Origin: Lytechinus pictus
Lineage: Eukaryota
DNA length: 64,000 nucleotides
NCBI RefSeq assembly: GCF_037042905.1
Contig: NC_087261.1
Location: 7,440,001-7,504,000, forward strand
Direction: 5' to 3'
Each line of letters starts with the position of its first letter. Position 1 is the first letter of the stretch. Positions 14,601 through 26,500 of this stretch are shown here, piece by piece. A model generated the notes under the pieces. The model was not told where the DNA came from. It made no database searches and was given only the letters and a program-made list of their open reading frames with translations. The position numbers and the translations under genes are program-made.

Positions 14601-17503
14601 ATTTTAGATGTTGACATTGCTGGCTTTCAGTGGTTGTGGTTGATTGGATCAGTCGCAACTCTTTGTAAGACGGACCTCAGATGTGCGTATCAGTCAATGT
14701 GAATACACCAAAGATGTGTCATCAAACAACATCGATTTGACACATCAGTTCTACGGTGTACCGAGCTTGTTTTAGCGCCGGTAATAATTGCAGTGTACCA
14801 ACAAAGTTAATGAGTATTTATCATTTCAATTTCCCCACTGATTTGTTTATTTTTATTATGTTTAAGGTAACCCTCTTCGCTGGGTGAAGTGCTCGAACAA
14901 TCAATGTTCATGTGAAGATCGTATAGTGAACACATCAGCAAGTGATGAACGAAAACTTGATGTCATTGAAAAGGTACCCAAATGTGTGTGACTTGCTCGG
15001 GTTTTCTTTTTAATACAGTCAATCTAGCTGCTATTCAGCTAATTAGAATTAACGTGATTATGAAAGGTAAGATGATAGCTACGTGTAAACTTTACCATGG
15101 TTACACTGTCATCAAGTTTTCAGATAAAGGAATATTACTTTAAATCGTGACAGACAGTGGACTACCCCTATTTATGCCAAATATCCCTACTACAGTAAAT
15201 CCTACTTGGGCATAAAGCTGTTCTCTTCTTCCATAGGTGCCTTCACTTATTCATGTTATTGTTTGCTACCAAATTCATTGTACACCTCAAAGTACGATTG
15301 TCCTTAAGTTTGACCATGTTGACGGATTAATCTTTCTGAGTTTGCCATGTTTGAGAGTGAACAACGAATGTCCTGGAATTAATGTTTGACAAAACCTTAG
15401 ACTTTATCTAGAAGTCATTAATCCAGAGAGTGTTCGCACTATGCTTTTTAATTTCTTTAGATCAACGTCACAGGAATCACCGGTTCAAAATGCAGTAAGG
15501 TCTAACATTAATTGTCCCCGATATTTTAAGCATTATTGACTTATTCTTCATGCCTTCCCCAGTAAAAGGTCCAGTTTTAGCATGTTTAGTTGGATGATGT
15601 ATTGGTCCCACAACTGGCATAAACGATTCGTTTATTTGTGGTATATGCCATTATTGGACGTCCTTATATAATAGGTCAACATCACTGAGGAATCCGTGGG
15701 TGAAGTCCTGGACGTGGTCGGGTTGCTGTCCTTTGATGACTTCAACCCTGATGAGGTGATATCCACAGCCAACATCGTCCAAGCTGTCATTTCTTTGAAC
15801 TCCTCGGATACAGAGGTAAATACCTAAATGCGCAGAGACCTATCATTGTCAACTAAACAAGCTAAATTGATGTTCCTCATGATTGGATGACTATCAGAGC
15901 TCGTGAACATGATGATAATTGCATATCAAAGTTGTAGCTTACAAAACAAGAAATGTATTCAATTAGATGCAATAACCTTATGTATACATACTTACATCAC
16001 TATAAAACAGCGGATAAGACATTCGATAACTATTTCCAAGGTTTTCTTTTTTTATTTAGATAACAAATGACGTCATAAGCATCATCGACAACCTCATGAA
16101 CTCTGATCCTGAAGCACTCGCTGTGGCCCAGGGAAGGAACCAATCAAACAGTAGGATGATACAGGCTTTGGAACATCAGCTTCAGTTGGTTGACCTGACC
16201 AAGAACAATGGTTCTTTTACCTCCGTTCAACCAAATCTAGCCGTTCAAGTAAGGCGATTTCATGCTCAAAAGGCCTAAAGTCTACATGTCTAATCTATTG
16301 ACATAACCTTAACCCTCAAATATAATAATCATACTTTGCTATGTAACACTTACCGCTTACCAGATAGTCTCCAAGCGATTGACAGTGGTGTGTAACTTTG
16401 GCATTGTAAGAGGTGCAGCTATAAATTCATGTTGGGTGATATATAAGGTTGTCTCCTTCTGATAGCTTCAAATATTCATTTATTTATTTTGTTTTTTGTT
16501 TCTTTGCGTTTCTTTGTTTGTGTTTCGTCGCGTTTATGTGTTGTTCTTTGTTTTTTTTTCGGTGTGAGTTAATCAATACTAATTGTTTCATCGCGTGCGT
16601 TAAAACAAGATTTAAAATAATGTTTCAACAAGGGAACCTCGTTCCCTCAACTACAAGCATTCTGCTTTCCTCCAATGTTTTATGCATTTTATTCATATAA
16701 TATTAACGTATTCATTGAGAATACTTGTTAATTACATTTCGCAATCTACCATGTCATTGCAAATGCTTTCCAGTATGACCAAGGAGATAGTTGGAGGTGA
16801 TATCTCCTTGGTATGACATATCAAATTTTGTAACGTGACGGATTTGTGGCAATGAATCCTAAATGAAACGAATGAAATATCGATAGTTCATCAGGGAAAG
16901 CTTGGCAGTTAATCATTGTTGACTGACATTGATCTATATTGAGAGCACCAACACCATTGATGTACTTTATCGATATCACATTTCTTTTCTAGATTAAAAC
17001 ATAATAAAACACATTTAAGAGGGATATTGAGTAACCCATATACCGCCTTTTGAACATGATGAATATGTCCGTAATCTGATATTACTGAAAAATAAACCTG
17101 TATGCTTGTACAAGGTTCTCAATTAATCTAGAGGTTTGTCCAAGATGAACTTGATATACGTTTACATTATAACAAGTACTATGATATTCTTTATTGCGTT
17201 GTTTCTCTGGTTAGTATCATTTTATTTTCATAGCTTCAAATGGGGTCGGAGAAAGTGTTGAATTAATAGTATTGTTCATTAAAACTATGAAATAACAGAC
17301 TTCAAAGGAAATATGATATACTGTATATGACAAACAAACCAACATGATTAGATGAAAGTGTTATCCCCTTTTCTTGCTCCTTCCATGCAGTAAAGCCTGT
17401 TTGCAATAATAGCCTAATTATATTCTTCTTTTATATAGCGCTTAATAGGCCTTCATCGGAACGCCGTTCGTATAACAGTTATCATGGCATTATTATTATT
17501 ATT

Positions 17504-17534
<31 letters not shown>

Positions 17535-20500
17535 ATGGTGTGGTTGTTGTTGCTGTTATCATTACCCATCATTACATTCTGGCTTGTCCGCACAAATGCT
17601 TGCGCTTTCCCCAACAAGCGTTCCAAGACTTTGATTATTGCTAGGCATACGACCTGACTGCAAGGACTTCCACATCCTTCCAGGTACCCGTTTAATTCCT
17701 GGATGGAGAGTGGCAAAGTGTGCATTGACAACTTGCCAAATGGCACTTTGGCAAGTAGGCAATGTTCGCGGCTGCATTCGAACAGAAGACCTTATGATTA
17801 CAAGGCCGAGTGTGAGAATTGCTACGCCAGGACGCTTCCACAATGCCATTCAACGAAATTGATAAAATACATCACATACATGGGCCTGTCTGAGAACAAT
17901 TTCTGTAGGCCTGTCATCTGCAATGAGAATGCATAATATGACAAAAATCCGGGTCAACTTATGAGTAAAGGTGTGAAAATTGTTATTTTATGGTAAACGA
18001 AACATTGGACTGGTACATAATAGTTTAAGTAAAATACAATCATTTGGAGATTAGGTCTAAGAAAAAAAATCTTAGATGGTTGGAAATGGATGAACGACGG
18101 GAGCAATAAGTGTGTGTATATTAAAAAAAACAAGGTTATCAGTTCCATACTTATACACTGTTAATATAAACTAGGGTTACCATTTCTACATTTAACGAAA
18201 TCCAAATTAAAGTAAAAGTATATCAAAGCAATGCTGATTAGGGAACAAAGAGTGTTATTGTTATGCAAACAGATGAGAAGAGTCATGGAATTGGCAAACT
18301 AATCCAACATGTACAATATGTGGTTGTACAATATTATAAAACTACAAGCTGACTGCCATTCCATCGTTCACCGGACACCCCCAGCAATAGTCATTATGAA
18401 CATGATGAAAATGGTTATACAGATCCAATGCCATATTATTATTACAGAGCTGTTAACCTTGTCAACTATATCTAAAGATTATTTTATTTCAAAAAGCATT
18501 TCATGCATTGCACGTTTAACATGACAGTAGATACAAATATTTTGTTTGCTTTTTTGTTATTTTCCAGGGTTGTCACGCATTCAATCTTTGCTTTTGTGAC
18601 CACCCTTTCAGCCATCTTGTTTAGTGTGTAACAGAAAATACCACTCAAACTGTTCACTTAATATGTATGATACATTGGATGGTTCATACACAGAATCATT
18701 TGTTCATTATCTTGATGTCAAATTTCAAATATGTATTTTCTTGTCTATATATTTTTTTGTTTTTGCAAATGTTGCCAAATCCAATAAATGGAATGAAGTG
18801 AAATCATGGAAATGAAATATTTATGTCAACTTTACCGATGTCTCATCAAAATCGAATAAAAAACAAGACGTCTCTCTTGCGTATATAGCACCCGTAATTC
18901 TGTGATTAAGAAACTTGTTTTAATTTCGTATATACTTTTGTATTATTATAGAGCTCGCCATGAATATTATGCCTGTCCCGTTTGAGCAAATACTTGCAAG
19001 AATTGCTTGCTGAAAAAAGGAAGAAATAGCATATGGGGAGTGGCGATAGTGTTTTCCCGCTCCGACCAGAAGCGCGAAAAGCTTGTTTCATCAATTTGAA
19101 AGAAAAAAAAAAAATTTCACACTTTGCATAACCATTCTTTAAATGCATTTGCAAATGTACGGGAACAAAGAAGAAAATGTAATTTCATAAATTTCCCGCG
19201 CAAAGCGCGGTAGCAAAACTTTGTATACGAAGAGTATGAAATATGCAAATGCTTGTTTAGGTATGTATTCTTTTCATACAAAAAACTAAATAAGAGGGGA
19301 AACCATCAAGTTATATCCTTCTCCCCTTTCCTTTTTTCGTTTTGTCTTTTCTAATTTTCCCTCTTTTTTTTCTTTTTGGGGACTTGGGGGCACTTCCCGT
19401 CTGTCTACGCGCCTGTACTGATGATTACACAATATGTTTTTTAATGCATTTGCCCCTATAGATCGAAGCGACCACATCGGAACAGCTTAGAAAAGGCATC
19501 AAATTCATCTCACGAAAATCGACCGTTGATGACATACTAACCAACAACGATATCGGTCTCCGCTACCACGACGACTCAATTGACGTCACGGACATCAGGG
19601 CCTCGGCAAGCGTCACAGCGGAATTCGAAGACGATCTAGACAATGAGTCAGAGGATCCAGACTTCAGGGTCGCATTCGCTGTTGCCCGCGACCCATCGTT
19701 GTTTATTTCCGATGTCGATGAGCATGTAGTTGGGACGTATCGCAATCGAAATGGACGACGACGTCCCAACACGCCAGTGATCTTGGTGACCGTATACGGG
19801 CCAGGAAGAAAGAAGATAAAAACCGCGATTACCACAGTATTTCGTCCTATTGAGGTTAGTATAATACACTGCCAATTCAAACTAGATTAAGTCGAAGGGA
19901 GTTGGCACCATACGGTCAGTAAGATCGTTTTACCAGCACTATCGATATCTTGATATGATTTTACCCGACCTACTAGCAAAAAATAAATGAACTTAGATGA
20001 AAGAAGGACTCTTCGGGCAAGACATCAGAGCATTGAAAATTTGCCAGTGTTAATTGTGTTCTTTGCAGGAAACACTTCCTCTTTATATTTATATAATACG
20101 TACAGTAAATACATAAATTTTGTTTGGTTGAGTCATGCAACTCGGATTATTTCTTTTTCAATTGTTTGAATTCTCAAAAACATCATAATATTGTGAAAAA
20201 TAATTAGGCAAATGTCTGAATGCTGCATGGCTAGAGTTAACCTGTGAGTGGTCAACGGCGCCATTTGATGTCAGCGATCTTACCTGCTGCTGCCACCAAA
20301 CGACATAATTAGGGGCCAACTAACCTGCCTTCATGAATACACTCTTGAAACCATATTGAGGTCAGGCAATCTTTGTTTTAATTCTCACTTACCATTGCAA
20401 ATGATGTTTCATTATTACTGTAGAAAGGCAACAGCTCTGTGATCATCGACGATCCCGTCTGTGTCTTTTGGGATTATGAAGCCAGCAATGGTACCGGAGG

Positions 20501-23500
20501 CTGGTCTGGCTATGGCTGTTTCCTCCAGAACGACTCGGACACCGAGAACTTCACGGCGATTGTCTGCTCATGTAATCACACAACCAACTTTGCTGTTATC
20601 ATGGTAAATGTCCATCTTCGCATTTCACCATGGATGGATATGACTTCGTTACCTAACAACATGTCCAAGATACGAGGCTCCGCAGGCAATCAACATGACA
20701 TGCATGCTACGCTGATAAAGGCCATGATTCGGGTTTGAACCAGAAGCCACACCCAATTTTGCTTTTGCTATGTGTATTTCATTCATGTCTTGTTATATTA
20801 TCTTTTTGTTGTTATTATGTAAGCTCATTTTCATTTGTGTGTTATTTTTTAATATGAGTTGCCCATGGCCTTGCAGAAAAGCAGCTTCTAGTTGAAAGCA
20901 GGCTCTTAAACCATGATTCAATAAATAAAATACAAATACAAAAATGTGATATTTTTTCATTGTAAAAAATATCAGTAATAGAAATCCGTTTGTCCAGTGA
21001 TTTGTTTAGGGCTACATGATTTCAAATACATATCGATCGCGTTTCCCCCTTCTAATGATTATCATTATCAAAATATAATTTGTATGCATGAGATTTAAAT
21101 ATACTGTTCAAACATAATTAATTCTCATTAACATTTTTCTCATTCTCATGCTCTTAGAATTTTCACAGCCCTAACCCATCTGTCATCTTCCAAAAGACTT
21201 CGAAGTACTTGAGTTGCATCGGTTGTGGAGTATCTATTGGCAGTCTAATCATAACATTGGCGGTTTATGTACTTTCGCCGTAAGTATCAATCAATAATAG
21301 TTTATCGTGATTTATGTACTCCTTTAGGTGCAAGATTAGGCTATTCGCGTTACCGACTCTACTTGGAAGATATAAATATCATACTTCAATTACGATCAAT
21401 GGGTTTCGTTCCGCGATAATATGCACGTATTGAACCTCTGTTGGCTGCTATCTTGTTTACATTTGCTACAATCATGCCAGAGAAGTTCCCTGATCAGACC
21501 ATGAAACGGTCCATGATTTTCTGGTGGCATTGTAGGTGGAATGGGCTATGATTTGTGTGTTTACATTTAAGGTGAATAAAGCCTTGGTCACAAAATGTTG
21601 TGTTGAAAGGAAATAATAACTGAAACAGAATAACGAAAGTTTGAAGGAAATCGGACAAACAATAAGAAATTTATGGATGCTTTAATATTGAGATCCCTAC
21701 GACTATGTAATGTAGATTTCAAACTGGCAACTGGGTAAGAAAATTATAACAAGGGGCAGGGACGACTTTCCCATTGCCCATGTACTTATGCAGGGTTTTG
21801 GGTTTTTCTCCTAAGCACCGATTCCCCTGGGACGGAATGGAATTAGACTTAATGAAAATAGACCATGTGGTGAGTGGACAAGTTGGCAGTAGACGAATTG
21901 GCAATTTACCAAACCCACTTCACATCTTCTTATGCGCCGTAGAAACCCTCAGAAGATACACACACTCACAAAAATCACATCGTTTTTTTTTTACAATCGT
22001 TTATTTTCTCTCAAACACCAGAAAACTTCGTCAGAAGCAACCCAATCAGATCTTTATGAGCATATGTCTGTCTCTGCTCTTCCTCTACGTCACCTACATC
22101 ATGGTAGTCATACTCAACCAACAACGGCTCGTCGTTGTCGAATCCGAAGTCGACCTCGGCGATGAGAAGGATGTTGAGATATGGTGCTTTTGCCTCGCTG
22201 CCCTGATTCAGTACTTCACACTGACATCTCTTGTATGGATGGGCGTTGAAGGTGTTAACATGTACCAACTCTTTATAAAGGTCTTGAATGCAAGGATCCC
22301 AGGCTTTATGGCAAAGGCTTCTCTCGTTGCATGGGGTAATTATCGTTCTTCCATTTTATGTATGTGTTGACAAAAGCTATTACCTCTTTTCGGATAAATT
22401 GGGTGTCAGTTTTTTGCGTATCTTCAATTATACAATAATTTGTTAATTTTTAAAATAATTATTGCTGCAAACCAAGCTTGAATAATAGATCAGATATACA
22501 TTAAGGTCAATAGAATAGACGACGTTGGCCATCTTGGTGAATAGGTGAAGATCAATATTCACACCGTGTATTAATGATCAAAATCCTAGTACATCAGGGG
22601 AAGAAAAAAGTACCATATCAGTAAAATCAAGGACAATATTGATTATAATGCTAATTGTATGAAATAATGAGATAACTGATAATGATAATCAATAATAACA
22701 ATAATAATAATAGGCATTTATATAGCGCCATCTATCTAGAAATATTCTATTCCGAGGCGCGTTGTTATTATAATTATTACCCCGGCTTTAGCTCGAGCTA
22801 CCTCTCAGCGCTCATGCATTCAAGGAATAATGAAAATGATTGTAATGAAAGGGACGGACATTGGTATAAGCCCCCTTTCCACTTCTTCCATTATCCTTAT
22901 GCCGCGTTTGTATCCGGTTTTCTTTGCTTTTCACACCCACCTTCATTTTTGGGATACATCTATGATAATTCTAATAGAAAATATTTTCGACTTTTTTTAA
23001 TATCCAACAGGATTACCAGCCACTATCGTCGTTGTCACTGGGGGGATTGCTCGCAGGAATTACGTCGACCCAGATCTGTAAGTAAATATATGAGCTCTAC
23101 TCATTTTTGTCTCAATAATTCAATTAACGACTTTGGTGCTGTTGGCTTTTAGCACGGCAGTAGACATGGTAAAGGTACATGAAAGTGATGGTACTTATAA
23201 TAGCCATGAGAGATCCCAAAATCCGAAAGGCGAACGGGAAACTTCCTGTGATATCAAACATCAGCCCTGCGGATAAAAAGAGCAAAGAATGATGAATGAG
23301 TGGGCTTGCACATCGTCTGCGTTCGCGGAGCGGGAGTGGCCGCACCCTTTCGAGAAAACCGGGGGAGCTTTTCTCGAAAGGGTGGGTTTCGGTAACACTC
23401 ATGCTCGCCAGTATCGGCACGAGCGAGCAGTGGACAAAATCGTATGGATTCAAAATTGCACGATGAATGGATAAAACAAAATAAACAGATAATGGCGTCA

Positions 23501-26500
23501 TTGTAAAATGGGCTGAATGATCGATATCAAACAACCAATCAAGGATCTATCTTGGTGTCATATAATGCACCTAAAATACACAATGCTGTGCAAATTATGC
23601 ACGTGACTTATACATGCATTCACTGTTGGCTACATCCTTTATAAACCCGTCTTATAACATGGTTCTTTAATTTATATTTCCCTTATAACAGTTATGTAGG
23701 CCTATCGTATTAACAACTTGGCGTTGTTTTCGTCTCCATTGAAGACACTTTTACCCCTAAATAGCTTATAATTTCTTTCACATCGTATCAGAACTCCATC
23801 TGATTAATTATGACCAAATTCTGACAGTAATATAAATCCGTTCTCCTAAAACATACCAACGTCCCCGACGAAAGCATAGACTATGGCGAAGTAAGCCGTA
23901 TTTTGTCATTTTTTATTCAATATCTAGAATATCGACCTTTGAAACCAACAATGTAGATTAAAAAGTGCAGACATTGTTGATATACTCTTAAAGGAATATT
24001 CCGGGCTGATAATATTTATATCTAAATAAATAAAGTAAAATTTACAACGCTAAATGCTGAAAATTTTCATCAAAAATCGGAGAACCAATAAGGAGTTATT
24101 GAATTCTTAAATTCAGCAATATTTGATAAAAACAGTGAATATATGCATGTCGTCCTGAGTATCCATTAGATGGGCTGATGATGTCACGTCCCCACTTTCC
24201 TTTTTCGTATGTTATTACAAGAAATCAGTTTGGTTTAATTCTTTCACACATGTGTAAATGATGTGTCTCCATTATAATGAAATAAGTTGCAGCAATAAAT
24301 AACTAATGCCCTTAATCACTTGTCAACCCAATTGTTTTAATTCTTTGTATAATTTTTTTGAATAAACCTTATTTCATATAATGAAATACAAAAGAACAAG
24401 TGGAGATATGACATCATCAGACCACCTCGTAAATATTCATGAAGACATACCTAGAACTGTTTCACCGGAATAATGCAAAATTCAATAACTTTGTCATTTG
24501 TTATCCGATTTTGATTAAATTTTCAGCATTTTGCTCTGTGAATTTCACTCTATTTATTGAGATTAAAGTATTTTCAGCCTGGAGTATCCCTTTAAAGGAC
24601 AAGTCCACCCCAACAAAAAGTTGATTTGAATAAAAAGAGAAAAATCCAATAAGCATAACACTGAAAATTTTATCAAAATCGGATGCAAAATAAGAAAATT
24701 ATGACATTTTAAAGTTTCGCTTAATTTCACAAAACAGTTATTTGCACATCCTGGCTGGTATGCAAATGAGGAGACTATGACGTCATCCACTCACTATTTC
24801 TTTTGTATTTTATTATATGAAATATGAAATATTATTATATTCTCCTCATTGTCAAGTGATACAACAATTAATTCCTCTCTGAACATGTGGAATTAGCATT
24901 GTTTAATACTATATGGTTCAGTCAAGTTGGTCCTTATTGTCAAATCTGTAAAAAATAAAATATTGTATAATTCAAACAATAAAAAACAAAAGAAATAGTG
25001 AGTGATGGAAATCATCGAGTGACTCACCTAATTGTGCATTATCACATGTTTTGTGAAAAATAAGCGAAACTTTAAAATGTCATAACTTTCTTATTTTACA
25101 TCCGATTTTGATGAAATTTTCAGAACTATGCTAGTTTGAGTTTTCTCTATTTATTCAAGTCAGCATTTTCCTGGGGTGGACTTGACCTTTAAAATCAAAT
25201 TTGACATGGGTATCAATAAGCAAATTGATATTGGTGTTACCTGTGACTGGGCCGGAGAGAAAGTTTCCTATACCGGTAAAGAAATACGACAAAGCGACAA
25301 GTCCCGCAAAATGGTTCTCATCAACCATTTCAGCCAACATTGCGAAATATATTGCCGTAGCACCAAATAAGCCAAATCCTGCTAGAATTGAACAAAACAG
25401 CAAATTGATGAGCGAAGAATCAATGGTGTAGGCGAAGAGCGACAATGCCGACAGCATCGTCAGCGAAGCATAAACCGTGGGACTCCAGTGCGGTCGCCAC
25501 AGTATAAGGATCCCGGTGCCTATCCGACTTGCCAGTCCTCCAGCAGATGCTGCAACTGGAAGATACACGGCCTCGGATGCATGGATGCCTACAGAGATCG
25601 CGTAAGATACCATGAAGATTAGCCAACCGATAAAGGTTAAGTCCAGGAGAACTCGAGAAGGTAGGACAGTGAGGCTGAATGGCAGTTCTGCCTTTATGGA
25701 TTCGTACGATATGGTCTCGAGGAGAAATTCAAGAATACACTTCTTGAGTCTTTGGTAACGGCCTTCTGTCTCGCCTTTTGTCTCGATGTGTCTTTGATTT
25801 ACGTAACTGTCAATATCGCCACATTTAGTGCTCGACGCGTCGTTTGGCGAGTTCAGCAATACCAAGTGCTCTCCGTCATCATCTTCGATTGACGACGAAT
25901 CGTCCTCGGTCATCTCCTGACGAGCATGAGACCTGTTGATGTTTCGTAAACAAGTATTGCCAATCTCACCATTACTCGATTCACTCCCGTAAGACGTAGA
26001 TGGTTTGTTAATCGCAATGAAATGCAGAGTCTCAGATGTTGTAGAACGACTCACGCTTCTAATAGCAAATCGCAGATTTGAATGAGTATTGCCGGACTTG
26101 TATTTTGCCGTTGGTTCACCAAGGACACTTGAAGATGTAACGCGTGACTCCGGATGTTTCCATGAATCTCGGTCCATAATTCTCGAACATTCTGTAACTA
26201 CCTCTTTTCCTGCATTTCCTTGGGAGTTTGATAGTAGGGACGAGTCGGGGCACATTGAACCAGGTCTTGTCTTTTCTCTTTCTTGCAAGCTTCCCCTTCC
26301 CGACAGCTCTGCTGTTTTCGGTGGTCTCATTAGCATGGATAGTGGAACATTATTTAAACTGATAGCTCCCAGGCAAGATAAAGTTCCGTATAGTCCATAC
26401 GCAACGTAGAGTTCCATTGTCAAAAGGGGCAAAATCAGAGATCCTATTACAGACCCAGCGTACGTTACGGTATTCGCGAAACCAAAGGAGTTCTTGAAAT

